A DNA stretch of 64,000 bases from a virus. Below are positions 41,679 through 50,862 of this stretch, piece after piece. Position numbers and translations under genes: made by a program. The stretch lies in the UHGV virus genome UHGV-1519562; one strand, 5' to 3'. Each line of letters starts with the position of its first letter. The stretch's first letter is position 1. Below the pieces are notes generated by a model. The model saw only the letters and a program-made list of their open reading frames with translations, searched no databases and was not told the DNA's origin.

Positions 41679-42618
41679 ACTTTGAACATTTTTTCAAAGG
41701 TTTATTTAAAAGTTTATATTGCCAAAAAATAAAATCTTCTTTGGCAGCTTGCGCTATTAGCTTAGGAATTTTATTCCGCCATAAACTAGAAATATATTCT
41801 AAGCTATGTTTAATGCCAAATTCTGTTTGTAATAATTGCTGAATTTCAATGTTTTGCTTTCCATCAATTTTATATTCGACTAATCTTTCATACAAGGGAA
41901 AATTAGCTAAAGCTAACTCACTAATTTCATCAAAAGACTGAATTAAGTACCAAGTATCTCCTTCAAAATTATCATAACTATCTTGCTTTAATCGTGAATA
42001 GTTACATAAAATTGCAGAACATATTTCAGGGTTCATTAATGAAACTCCACTAATATGTACTTCTCCATTTTCATCAATAGTAGAATTATCCTCTAGTTTA
42101 ATAAAACCACTTAATGAACGAGTTAATTTATTAAAAATAATTGGACGTTGATATGCTTGTTTTATTATATATTGGTCTTTCCGCATATCTATTAAAGCCT
42201 TTTTCATAATATACGCATTTCTACCTGAAGTGCGTTTAAGGACGGCATCCCAATCATTAATTGTATTTCTTAATTGTTGCAAATAAGGTATATTTTCTAA
42301 ATCTTTTTTAGTAATTGAAATTTTAGGTTGAAAAATTGTATTTTTATTTTCAGAAATTAAATTATAAATGCCGTCTTCACCATTTTCTAACTGGCTGACA
42401 AGACCCTCAAAAGAAGTTTCACGTTTATTAACTGTAGTTAAACGATTTTCTGTTAAAATTTTCTTTTCTTTTTTCTCTTGTTTTTCCATACAAAGAATTA
42501 GATAATCCGCGAGCACTTCTAAATAAGAAGAATTTAGATCAGGGTTTTCTGCGATTATTTTTTCAACTAATTCTTTACGCTCTTCAGGAGATTCTAATGT
42601 ATAATCTAATTTAATCAT
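41572..42618 (-). CDS. first gene of the late operon, C-terminal zinc-ribbon protein
   Basis: 348 aa; CSKCGQL...CKCC at the C-terminus; preceded by RBS and the late promoter. Confidence 0.35.
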   Translation of the reverse strand: MIKLDYTLESPEERKELVEKIIAENPDLNSSYLEVLADYLILCMEKQEKKEKKILTENRLTTVNKRETSFEGLVSQLENGEDGIYNLISENKNTIFQPKISITKKDLENIPYLQQLRNTINDWDAVLKRTSGRNAYIMKKALIDMRKDQYIIKQAYQRPIIFNKLTRSLSGFIKLEDNSTIDENGEVHISGVSLMNPEICSAILCNYSRLKQDSYDNFEGDTWYLIQSFDEISELALANFPLYERLVEYKIDGKQNIEIQQLLQTEFGIKHSLEYISSLWRNKIPKLIAQAAKEDFIFWQYKLLNKPLKKCSKCGQLKPAHNDFFSKNKTSKDGWYSICKCCRNKKRG

Positions 42619-42652
42619 ATTATAATAATCATCTCCTTTATCTTATACTATT

Positions 42653-42682
42653 ATTATACTACATCGCAACTACAAAAGTCAA
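42653..42682 (-). promoter_or_regulatory. late-operon promoter (minus strand)
   Basis: Minus strand TTGACT, 18 nt, TATAAT, then AAAGGAG and ATG of 41572..42618. Confidence 0.5.
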
Positions 42683-42726
42683 AAAATTTTTAGATATATT
42701 AATTAAAAATGAAAAAAAATTTTAAT

Positions 42727-42749
42727 AAAACTCGCCAAAGGCGAGTTTT
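42727..42749. terminator. hairpin between the divergent late and early promoters
   Basis: aaaactcgcc aaa ggcgagtttt with T/A runs on both sides. Confidence 0.4.
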
Positions 42750-42765
42750 ATTAAAAGTAATTATT

Positions 42766-42794
42766 TTGACAAAACAGAAAAATAATGTTATAAT
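42766..42794 (+). promoter_or_regulatory. early-operon promoter
   Basis: TTGACA, 17 nt, TATAAT; AAAGGAG and ATG at 42844. Confidence 0.55.
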
Positions 42795-42843
42795 AATTTT
42801 AAAGATTAAAGAAAATAACTTTTTAACAAAAGGAGAATTAACA

Positions 42844-43191
42844 ATGACTTATCAGGGTTTTGTCAAAGAAGATTTTCCGCAAGGAACGCATTTTTACTAT
42901 GGAATTGATATAGTAGAAATTATTTATAGAAAAACAAAAGATCAAAGAAATAAAATAATTGACTATTGGGATTTATCTAAAATTACTTCATTCGAGCCTT
43001 TTGCTGTTCATATGCGACAAGCGGATGATTCAGAATTCCGCAAACCTAATAAATTAATTAATGTGATAGGAAAACCTTTAATGGTTTTAGTTATTTATCC
43101 AGATAATTCTATAAATTATTTTTATCCAGAAGAAATTGAAAGTTCTTCTTTTGAAGAAGAGAATGAGGAGGATTTTGAAGATTATGAGTAA
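42844..43191 (+). CDS. hypothetical acidic protein
   Basis: 115 aa from the ATG after promoter and RBS (track ORF 42709 starts too early); acidic C-terminus. Confidence 0.5.
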   Translation: MTYQGFVKEDFPQGTHFYYGIDIVEIIYRKTKDQRNKIIDYWDLSKITSFEPFAVHMRQADDSEFRKPNKLINVIGKPLMVLVIYPDNSINYFYPEEIESSSFEEENEEDFEDYE

Positions 43192-43735
43192 ACCTATTCC
43201 AACTTATCGCAATATTTTTCTAAGCGAAGATATTAAAGCAGAATCAGTTAAAAATATTATTGAGACAATTATGAAAATTAATTATGATGATGATTGTAAA
43301 GAAAAAGATTATAAAGACTGGAAGAGAGAACCTATTAAACTCTTTATCAACTGTTTTGGCGGTAGTGTTTATGATGGACTTAGCTTAGTAGATGTCATTA
43401 AGCAGAGTAAAACCCCAGTACATACTATTTCTATTGGTTCTAGTATGAGTATGGGTTTTTGGATTTATCTTGCAGGCCATAAGAGATATGTGGGTGAACA
43501 TTCAACTTTAATGTTCCATGATATTGCTTCGTGGATTTGGGATAAAACTGCGGGCATTAAGCAAGAGTTAGATGAAACACTAAGATTACAAAAAATTATT
43601 TGTAAAGAAATTACTTCTACTTCTGCTATTGAGCAAGAGACATTAGATGATTATATTAATAGAAAAGCTGAATGGTATATTCCTGCGGATAAAGCCATTG
43701 AGTTAGGCTTGGCTAACGGTTATTATAAAAATTAA
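43184..43735 (+). CDS. ClpP-like serine protease (S14 family)
   Basis: FINCFGGSVYDG, catalytic Ser in GSSMSMGF, His in LMFHDIAS, C-terminal Asp region; RBS GAGGAGG. Confidence 0.75.
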   Translation: MSKPIPTYRNIFLSEDIKAESVKNIIETIMKINYDDDCKEKDYKDWKREPIKLFINCFGGSVYDGLSLVDVIKQSKTPVHTISIGSSMSMGFWIYLAGHKRYVGEHSTLMFHDIASWIWDKTAGIKQELDETLRLQKIICKEITSTSAIEQETLDDYINRKAEWYIPADKAIELGLANGYYKN

Positions 43736-43748
43736 AGGAGAGAAATAA

Positions 43749-44321
43749 ATGAAAAGAAAGTTTCGACGATGCGGCCTCATTGCCGCGAGTATTTTTTGTA
43801 TTTTAACTATGTGCAGTTTCACTACTGCTGAAAAAGCAGCGCAATTAGATAAAGCACACAATATCGCAGAAACCGCACGTTCTATGGGATTGCCAGAAAG
43901 CGACCCCATTATAACAAGAGCCAAAGAAATTTGGTGGGAAGTATATAACACTAAAACTTATTCTGATGAAGATTTGCGGATTCTTGCCACTGTTATTCAT
44001 TATGAAGCCGGCAATTGCCCGGATCGCCATCAGCAATTAGTGGCGCAAGTAGTTTTGAATAGAGTTGCAGATTCCAGATTCCCCAATACTGTTAAGGCTG
44101 TTGTTATGCAGCCTCGGCAGTATGCCGCATGGTACGTAACTGCAAGACCGCAAATTTCGCAAAGATGTTATGATAATGCTAGATTGGCGCTTGAAGGCAA
44201 AGTTAATTGCCCCAAAAATGTAATTTATCAAGCGCAATTTCGCCAAGGAAAAGGAACTTATGAGGTGAGTAAAGTTGACACAGGTTGGTGGAAGTCTACC
44301 ACGTACTTTTGTTATGGATGA
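43749..44321 (+). CDS. SleB/CwlJ-like cell-wall hydrolase with N-terminal signal/anchor (lysis enzyme candidate)
   Basis: N-terminal hydrophobic segment with Cys; Hydrolase_2-like core ILATVIHYEAGN...QQLVAQVVLNRV...FPNTVKAVVMQPRQYAAW. Confidence 0.75.
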   Translation: MKRKFRRCGLIAASIFCILTMCSFTTAEKAAQLDKAHNIAETARSMGLPESDPIITRAKEIWWEVYNTKTYSDEDLRILATVIHYEAGNCPDRHQQLVAQVVLNRVADSRFPNTVKAVVMQPRQYAAWYVTARPQISQRCYDNARLALEGKVNCPKNVIYQAQFRQGKGTYEVSKVDTGWWKSTTYFCYG

Positions 44322-44357
44322 AGCAAAGAAAGCTAGTCAATTACATTTATTAATGAC

Positions 44358-44809
44358 TTAGCTGTATTGTGGTGGAAAAATTAAAAGTCTTAAAGAATGG
44401 GAAGAAATTGTTAAGGAAAATAGTGCTAAAATAAGTATGTACTATAATAAAAATATTCAGCAAGAAAAATTAAGATTGATTAATGAAAGAATCAAAAAAC
44501 ACAATAAATCTATTTATGATTCTAAGGGAAGATTATTAAATATGACGATTAATAATATACTAAATTTTGCAAATATCTGATGAAGCTAGAGATGAATTAA
44601 TTACTATGCTTATTTTAAATGATAAAACTAAATTTAATACTACTCCTAATTAGGGCCAAGTGATAATATCATACAGAAAAATTTAAAATTATTATTACAA
44701 GGAAAAATGCCTTCTGCTAAAACTCAATTAGAAGGAGTTACAATAGCTTCATATGGATATAATAATGATAGACTGGCTGGAATTCTTTGTTTGAAGGATA
44801 GACTATGAA
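44358..44809 (+). pseudogene. decayed or frameshifted ORF: three protein-like fragments in different frames
   Basis: Fragments of about 73, 24 and 50 codons separated by frame changes and stops; no consensus promoter/leader. Confidence 0.3.
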
Positions 44810-45092
44810 AATTATTTATAGATTAGAAGATTCCGCAGGCAATGGGCCATTCTTTTATAGAAATGGCCAAAATAGAATTTTTCCTGATTTATTTTTTGAA
44901 GAAGATAGAGGATTACATGGTTTTATTAATAAAAATAGATTTAAAGAACCAAGTTATATAGAATTTTATAAGAGTTCTGATTTTTATTTATATAAAATAA
45001 AAATATCAAAAAGTTTGTATGAAAATAAATATGGAGAAATTTTATTTAATGAAAATGATATAATAAGCAAAAGGAGAATTAGAAAATGGTAA
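44805..45092 (+). CDS. hypothetical protein
   Basis: 95 aa ORF, AT-rich. Confidence 0.45.
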   Translation: MKIIYRLEDSAGNGPFFYRNGQNRIFPDLFFEEDRGLHGFINKNRFKEPSYIEFYKSSDFYLYKIKISKSLYENKYGEILFNENDIISKRRIRKW

Positions 45093-45502
45093 TATGTGGT
45101 TTTCCAGGAATAGGAAAAACTTTTACAGTTCAAAATTGGATTTATTCAAATATAAAAATTTATGATTCAGATAGTTCAAATTTTTCATGGATTGATAAAA
45201 ATGACCACTCCAAAGATTTTCCCACAAATTATATCGAGTATATTAAATCAATAGGTAATGAAAATAGCGTTGTTTTAACAAGTTCGCATAAAGAAGTGCG
45301 GGATGCCCTTAAAGCCGCAGGAATTAACTACTATGTTGTGTACCCCAATTTGGAAAGTTTTGGCAAAGATTTTTATTTAGATAGAATCTGCGGAAGGGAA
45401 AACGGCATTTATCCTGGAGACATTCGTTTTAAAGTAAATGATTGTTTTTGTAAAAGAGATAATGTAATTTGGATAGAAAGGGGGAGTTTTGATGAGGGAT
45501 AA
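45086..45502 (+). CDS. small P-loop NTPase (nucleotide-kinase-like)
   Basis: N-terminal Walker A GFPGIGKT, then hydrophobic strand with DSD. Confidence 0.5.
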   Translation: MVICGFPGIGKTFTVQNWIYSNIKIYDSDSSNFSWIDKNDHSKDFPTNYIEYIKSIGNENSVVLTSSHKEVRDALKAAGINYYVVYPNLESFGKDFYLDRICGRENGIYPGDIRFKVNDCFCKRDNVIWIERGSFDEG

Positions 45503-45848
45503 TAAATATTTTAAAAATCTTAAAGAAATTCCTTTTCCCTATGCGGAAAAAACTTATGCAGGACTAGACCAAAGAGATTGTTTTAATTTGGATACTTCTT
45601 TAATTGCTTGGCTTTATGAACATTTACAAGCTTATTATGATGAGGCCAATGTTAGTATTGATTTAATGGAGCATAAATATAATATTAATGGTGAAGAACT
45701 GAATGAGAAAGAGTGTATTTTTAGAATGATTGAAGATTGTAAAATTATTCTTGACACTTGGGAATATGAAAATTTTGCTGAAAGGAACGCAGCAAAAAAT
45801 GATTTATTTGATGTTTTGAAGGAATGTATTTGGAGTTTATGGTATTGA
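45489..45848 (+). CDS. hypothetical protein
   Basis: 119 aa ORF overlapping the previous stop. Confidence 0.45.
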   Translation: MMRDNKYFKNLKEIPFPYAEKTYAGLDQRDCFNLDTSLIAWLYEHLQAYYDEANVSIDLMEHKYNINGEELNEKECIFRMIEDCKIILDTWEYENFAERNAAKNDLFDVLKECIWSLWY

Positions 45849-46279
45849 TTTTAAATTTCTGCGAAATTTAAAATCAAAAAGAAAATTCGTTTTTTAAATT
45901 TAAAATTGACTTAACTCGTTGTTCAAATTTAAAAATGGTTTAGAGAGGGAAATGTCCAGGCCAAATGGTTTTTAATAACAAATATAATTTTTTTCCCGAA
46001 AACTACCCCGGAGTACGCCAAACCATTAAACTATCTTTCATTGGTAAATATCCATTGACCCCACAAAGGCCCCATCAAACAGCATCTTTTGTAAACAACC
46101 ATTCATTAATCAAAAGAGAAATGGTCTTGTCAATAGGCAAATTAAACAAAATTATTTTTCAGCAAAACGCATAAAGAAGAACTCTTAATTTCTTTTTCTT
46201 TTGTTTAATGCGTCAATAGACAAAAGACTATCTCAATGGTATAATAAATACAGAAATTAAGGAAAGGGGTCAATGACCT

Positions 46280-46627
46280 ATGAAAAAGTTCTTCTCTATC
46301 ATCGCTGTTCTGGCAATCGCTATCTCTGCTCTCACTACTTCTGCTTGCGCTCTCAACACTCCTGCTGAAAATGCCAGATACTGCGCAACAAACAGCATCC
46401 ACTATGGTATGAATACTGTTCGTCTGGTTCGCGCCACTGTTACTGCAACTCATGATGATGGATGTGTGACATTGAAAGACATGCGTGATGGCAACCTGTA
46501 CGCCATTGATGATGATGGCCTTGTGAAAGGTGAGGACGTTCTCATTGCTATTGACGACAATGCTACACCAGGTTTTGTCTATGATGACATGATTCTTGGC
46601 TTCTGGAATGGTTCTGCTCTTAAATGA
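46280..46627 (+). CDS. secreted / lipoprotein-like small protein
   Basis: Signal peptide MKKFFSIIAVLAIAISALTTSACA; GC-rich codon usage; consensus promoter/leader upstream; terminator downstream. Confidence 0.6.
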   Translation: MKKFFSIIAVLAIAISALTTSACALNTPAENARYCATNSIHYGMNTVRLVRATVTATHDDGCVTLKDMRDGNLYAIDDDGLVKGEDVLIAIDDNATPGFVYDDMILGFWNGSALK

Positions 46628-46648
46628 GCAGAACCATTTTCTTTTTTT
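46607..46648 (+). terminator. intrinsic terminator
   Basis: atggttctgctc / gagcagaaccat hairpin then T-run. Confidence 0.55.
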
Positions 46649-46733
46649 ATTTTATAAATAAATAAATGAAAAAGGTATTGACATTCTGGTTGAAGTATGG
46701 TATACTATAAATAACAAAAGGAGGAAAGATCAA

Positions 46734-46937
46734 ATGAAAAAGACTTTTGAGTTCTATGCTTGCTCACCTGTTAAGACATGGCGGAACAACTACCAGGGAG
46801 AAAGTTGGCAGTGGGCTAAAGTTCAATGGTTTCGCTTCCCTTCTGGTCTGCGCAAGTGTTTAGTCTTTCCTGATGGTCAGGCAATCAAGATTGAACTTTG
46901 TAAGGTTAAAAACAAAAGAGAGGTTAAGAAAGTATGA
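46734..46937 (+). CDS. hypothetical protein
   Basis: 67 aa; promoter TTGACA-17-TGGTATACT at 46678-46706, RBS AAAGGAGG. Confidence 0.55.
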   Translation: MKKTFEFYACSPVKTWRNNYQGESWQWAKVQWFRFPSGLRKCLVFPDGQAIKIELCKVKNKREVKKV

Positions 46938-47164
46938 AAGAGTTGTACATGATGTATAATAAACGCTATGCAACAGGTATAAGTTTTTATACAAATTATG
47001 AAACTGCTTTGTTAGCAAGATACATTGCTTGTATAAAGATATCTAAACATGAAAAAGACAATGTAATGACAGAGTTTAGCACAAAAGAAGTAAGACAAAA
47101 ATATTGTAAAGATTGGTTTAACATTCTTAATATTAAACAGTTGATGTTGGTAGGAAGGAGATGA
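46934..47164 (+). CDS. hypothetical protein
   Basis: 76 aa, start overlaps previous stop (ATGA). Confidence 0.45.
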   Translation: MKELYMMYNKRYATGISFYTNYETALLARYIACIKISKHEKDNVMTEFSTKEVRQKYCKDWFNILNIKQLMLVGRR

Positions 47165-47390
47165 AAAACTTCATCTCTTTCCTTTTGTTTAACATACTTG
47201 TTATAAACGAATGTCTTCGTTTTACAAGGCAACTTTCCGAATCAGTATACCACAAAGTCTGCTCAAAATCAATAGTCAAAATAGCTAAATTTAGAGGGAG
47301 AATTGGGATCCCGAATTGTGCAGTATGCCTATTGACCTATTGCGGCAAGTGTGTTATTATATAATTACAAAAGGAAAGGGGATAAAACAA

Positions 47391-47576
47391 ATGAAGAACA
47401 TCAAGAAGATCATTGGTGTCAAGATGGACAAAGCTAACAAGGCGATCCTTGACAAGTGGAAGGAATGGATCAAAGAAGAGGGCCGCGATGAAACCAGTAA
47501 GAATGACTTCGCTAACTATTACGCCAACTCTTATGAAGAGTATCAGCAGATTTGGGAAGTGGTTGAATGTTTGTAA
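47391..47576 (+). CDS. hypothetical protein
   Basis: 61 aa from ATG 47391 after promoter and AAAGGAAAGGGG leader. Confidence 0.5.
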   Translation: MKNIKKIIGVKMDKANKAILDKWKEWIKEEGRDETSKNDFANYYANSYEEYQQIWEVVECL

Positions 47577-47642
47577 AAAAGTCTTGACAAGAAGCTCAGT
47601 CTGTGGTATAATAAGACCATAACAAAAGAAAGGATGATTTTT

Positions 47643-48008
47643 ATGTTGAAAAAGACAGTCTACTTCTGTGAGTATTGCAGTGAGGTTTTTGAGGACTATG
47701 ACAGCTGCAACTTGCACGAGATGGAAGAAATGGCGAAGCGTTGTGAGGATAGCTTCAAGCTGTATGATAAGCTCGGCGAAGTCAAGCTCAACCTTAAGCT
47801 AATCCTGCACCTATTATTGCTATCTTGTGCGATGGTAATAAAGAAGCCGTTGAATTGCTCAAGCGCTATTTCATTAGCTTCGACCATAAAGCCCCTTCTC
47901 TTGCTCCGGGAGAAGAAGCCCTCTTGGTGCTCAATGAACGCACTGGTAACTGGTGCAATATTGATGAAGCCATTCAACAGCTTCAAGATTTGTTCTAAAC
48001 AGCAATGA
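47643..48008 (+). CDS. hypothetical zinc-finger-like protein, possibly frameshifted near 47795 (downstream part looks better in another frame ending 47997)
   Basis: N-terminal CEYC...C..H; promoter TTGACA-17-TGGTATAAT at 47584-47612; alternative frame 47798-47997 is open and protein-like. Confidence 0.4.
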   Translation: MLKKTVYFCEYCSEVFEDYDSCNLHEMEEMAKRCEDSFKLYDKLGEVKLNLKLILHLLLLSCAMVIKKPLNCSSAISLASTIKPLLLLREKKPSWCSMNALVTGAILMKPFNSFKICSKQQ

Positions 48009-48089
48009 AAAAGGAAAGTTTTGCGGCCTTCCTTTTTCTTTTATTTGTATTGTGTAAGTTTTTATTCTTAATTTGTGCATTTTTACCTA

Positions 48090-48123
48090 TTGACATCTTC
48101 CCAAAATTATGTTATTATATAAT
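48090..48123 (+). promoter_or_regulatory. about 45-bp promoter module (copy 1 of 2 near-identical copies; second at about 55852)
   Basis: ttacctattgacatcttcccaaaattatgttattatataatca versus ttacttattgacattttcccaaaattatgttattatataatca. Confidence 0.5.
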
Positions 48124-48149
48124 CAAGATAAAGAAAGGGGAAACAAAAG

Positions 48150-48482
48150 ATGATTAACAAGGAACTGTTCGACAGCCGGTACACCACAACCTACTATGAA
48201 AGCGCTTATGTGCTTCACGATGGAGACTTGACTCTCTACTATCCCAACTGCGGTTATGACCCTGAGAAAATCATGGTCTGGAAGATTACTGCTGAGGATT
48301 ACCGCTTTTATGGCAAAGGCGCTCTGAAAGAACTGCTGGAAGTTCTTTACAAGGAAGCTGCTCCTGAGTTGGTGGCTCTGGTTGATAGCAAACTCCGATT
48401 GGCAACTAACGACGAGGAATGTGCTACGCTTGTTAAGCACAAGTATCCCAACGACAAACAGCGCTACATTGACATGTGGTAA
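48150..48482 (+). CDS. hypothetical protein
   Basis: 110 aa, GC-rich codon usage, RBS AAAGGGGAAA. Confidence 0.55.
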   Translation: MINKELFDSRYTTTYYESAYVLHDGDLTLYYPNCGYDPEKIMVWKITAEDYRFYGKGALKELLEVLYKEAAPELVALVDSKLRLATNDEECATLVKHKYPNDKQRYIDMW

Positions 48483-48503
48483 AAAGTAAAGGAGCTGATT
48501 AGA

Positions 48504-48725
48504 ATGATAACAATCTTTCACAAAGCAGGTATTGCTTTCAGGGGAGAATATCTCCGGGAAGCTTGCAGGAAGAACTACGATTGGCTTACTTTAATGTATG
48601 CCGTTGAAGATTATAACCGCGCTGTGAAGCGTTACTACAAGTATGTTTCTCGTCACCACGCAGTTATCCTTAACAAATATCCTTCTGGCGATGTTATCGC
48701 TCTTGAAGAAGGAGTAATTCTATAA
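48504..48725 (+). CDS. hypothetical protein
   Basis: 73 aa, RBS AAAGGAG, terminator downstream. Confidence 0.5.
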   Translation: MITIFHKAGIAFRGEYLREACRKNYDWLTLMYAVEDYNRAVKRYYKYVSRHHAVILNKYPSGDVIALEEGVIL

Positions 48726-48750
48726 GGGCCGCAAGGCCCTTTTTCTTTTT
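48724..48750 (+). terminator. intrinsic terminator
   Basis: aagggcc gcaa ggccctt then T-run. Confidence 0.6.
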
Positions 48751-48854
48751 TGCTATATGCTTATATAGTGAAACTTCTAGGCTTCTAGCGAAAAAAAAAT
48801 AAATAAAAATTTTTTTGTTTAATTTACCTATTGACACCAAAGAAAAAGTATGGT

Positions 48855-48930
48855 ATAATAATTGCGGCGGCGCGCACACGACCATGGCTTTCCAATGCGC
48901 GCCGAAATTCTGTCAATACGCAAATTGCAC
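48855..48930 (+). repeat. GC-rich stem-loop intergenic element, copy B (directly downstream of a promoter)
   Basis: cggcgcgc ... gcgcgccg stem (48858-48894), then aaattctgtcaatacgcaaattgcacaa box. Confidence 0.5.
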
Positions 48931-49092
48931 AAAAATTTAGAGGAAAGTTTGGTGATTTTGCCCAGAAGTATTCATCCCGAAATGGTATTTGTTTATAAAA
49001 AGTATAGCGGCAAAACATTATCAAAATTGATTATTGAATTTCTTAAAAAATTTTGTTATAATAATTACAGAAAACAAAAGGAGGTCAAAAGT

Positions 49093-49254
49093 ATGGCTGA
49101 ATACCGTGACTGGCTGGTAGTTTTCCCCAATGGTGGGCAGATACATTTTGATAACAAGGGTATCGCAATGCAGAACGCAACCCGCAAGAAAGGCTTTGTC
49201 TATGAGTGTCATCTGGAAGAGAATGGGAATGAAACTCTCATTCATATCTTTTGA
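49093..49254 (+). CDS. hypothetical small protein
   Basis: 53 aa from ATG 49093 after promoter and AAAAGGAGG; the longer track ORF from 48862 runs over promoter and repeat. Confidence 0.5.
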   Translation: MAEYRDWLVVFPNGGQIHFDNKGIAMQNATRKKGFVYECHLEENGNETLIHIF

Positions 49255-49269
49255 TAGGAGGTATTGCGT

Positions 49270-49449
49270 ATGAAGCAGACTTATTCTATCTATCATGCAG
49301 GCGATGAAGAAATTATCGGGCCTTTTGATTCCTTTTCATTGGCAGAGGATTTCTTTCATAGGTTAGCTCAGTATGCTACTACAATGTATTACTTGGTAGA
49401 TGATTCTACTGGTGAAATTCTTCTTGATATTGAAGAAATTAAGGCTTGA
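49270..49449 (+). CDS. hypothetical small protein
   Basis: 59 aa from ATG 49270, RBS TAGGAGG. Confidence 0.5.
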   Translation: MKQTYSIYHAGDEEIIGPFDSFSLAEDFFHRLAQYATTMYYLVDDSTGEILLDIEEIKA

Positions 49450-49507
49450 CATTTGGGCCTTACCGTGGTATAATTACCATAGAAACAAAGGAAAGAGGTT
49501 GATACTT

Positions 49508-49963
49508 ATGACTGACAAAATGTTGGCTTTTGATATGGACGGCACTATTGCTGACCTGTATGGGGTTAATGGTTGGCTGTCTAAGCTGCGGAAGGAAGAT
49601 GCAAGCCCTTACCTGGAAGCTAAACCCATGTGGGATGTGGATAAGCTCAACGAGCTTATCAATAAACTAAAGCAGGCTGGTTGGGAGATTGCAATCATCA
49701 CTTGGCTTTCTAAAGAAAGCAGCCCTGAGTATGCAAAGACTGTGCGAGAAGCTAAAAAGGCTTGGCTCTTGAAATGGGGTTTCCCCTATGACCACTTTCA
49801 TGGTCTAAAGTATGGAGCCACTAAAGCGGATGCTGTTCGTAGAAAAGCATCTAAGGCAATTCTTATTGATGATAATAAGAAAGTTCGTGACAGTTGGCAT
49901 TTAGGAGAAACTGTTAATCCTGAAACTTGTAACATCATTGATTTTTTGGCTTCCCTGCTTTAA
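49508..49963 (+). CDS. HAD-superfamily 5'(3')-deoxyribonucleotidase-like hydrolase
   Basis: Motif I AFDMDGTIADL (DxDGT) and motif IV ILIDDN; promoter and AAAGAGG leader upstream. Confidence 0.65.
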   Translation: MTDKMLAFDMDGTIADLYGVNGWLSKLRKEDASPYLEAKPMWDVDKLNELINKLKQAGWEIAIITWLSKESSPEYAKTVREAKKAWLLKWGFPYDHFHGLKYGATKADAVRRKASKAILIDDNKKVRDSWHLGETVNPETCNIIDFLASLL

Positions 49964-50045
49964 GCAGGGAGTCAAAAAAGTTCTTGACAAATGAGAAAAA
50001 ATCTGGTATAATGAGTACAGAAATTAAGAAAGAGGTAGATGCAAC

Positions 50046-50741
50046 ATGAGTATTGACAAGCGCAGACATTACGTTCTGCTTCTGGACACTGAGACAGCAA
50101 ACACCATCACTGACCAAAAAGGCCGATTAGACATGACCTCAGTTCTTGTCTATGATTGCGGGTGGTGTGTTATGGACACAAGAGGAAATATCTATAAGGA
50201 ACAATCCTTTGTTAATCGAGATATTTTCTTTGATGAAAGTGAGCTTATGAAATCCGCCTACTACGCGGAAAAGATTCCCCAGTATCTGGAAGATATTCGA
50301 CAGGGCATCCGACAAGTAGCTAACACTTACCAGATTCGACAGACTATGCTTGCAGACATGGCAGAATATGGTATTACAGAAGTAGTTGCCCACAATGCAA
50401 GATTCGACCTGAACGCATTGAATTTACTTCAACGCTGGACTACCAAAAGTAAATACCGCTATTGGTTCCCCTATGGTACCGATTTTTGGGATACTCTCAA
50501 AATGGCAAGAGATGTTATTCTAAAGATGCCTACCTATAAAAGGTTCTGTGAACAACACGGTTTTTTAACCAAAACTGGTAAACTCTCAGCAACAGCAGAA
50601 AATCTGTATAGATTCATCACCAAAGACCCTACTTTTCAGGAAGAACATAAAGGTCTTGACGATGTGCGGATTGAGCGGGAGATTATGATTTACTGCTATC
50701 GGCAAAAGAAGAAAATGCGGAAAAAACTTTTTGAAAATTAA
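50046..50741 (+). CDS. DEDDh (DnaQ-like) 3'-5' exonuclease
   Basis: Exo I LLLDTETA, Exo II VAHNARFDL, Exo III HKGLDDVRIERE; promoter at 49984-50012. Confidence 0.7.
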   Translation: MSIDKRRHYVLLLDTETANTITDQKGRLDMTSVLVYDCGWCVMDTRGNIYKEQSFVNRDIFFDESELMKSAYYAEKIPQYLEDIRQGIRQVANTYQIRQTMLADMAEYGITEVVAHNARFDLNALNLLQRWTTKSKYRYWFPYGTDFWDTLKMARDVILKMPTYKRFCEQHGFLTKTGKLSATAENLYRFITKDPTFQEEHKGLDDVRIEREIMIYCYRQKKKMRKKLFEN

Positions 50742-50749
50742 AAAACCGC

Positions 50750-50778
50750 TTGACAAAACAAAAGGAAAATGATATAAT
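50750..50778 (+). promoter_or_regulatory. promoter with about 85-nt structured leader
   Basis: TTGACA-17-GATATAAT; leader has a hairpin (gaggg...ccctc) and the motif tagggtagcgacctaccgcacagaaagg. Confidence 0.5.
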
Positions 50779-50862
50779 ATAAGAGAAGTGAGGGAAAGAA
50801 AACCCTCTCCACTTCCTTAACAATTAGGGTAGCGACCTACCGCACAGAAAGGAATTGATATT

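Noticed and set aside
45965-46174. 69-aa ORF in the 430-bp intergenic region before 46280, and the 67-aa ORF 47161..47364
   Set aside because: No RBS; they overlap conserved intergenic repeat boxes and promoter sequence; more likely non-coding. 47161 kept only as a faint possibility.
48862-49254. 130-aa track ORF starting at 48862 (also the upstream extensions of 42709, 49400, 51868, 54194, 55416, 60686)
   Set aside because: The N-terminal extensions run through promoters, the GC hairpin element or leaders; the true starts are the ATG codons 5-9 nt after a Shine-Dalgarno sequence.
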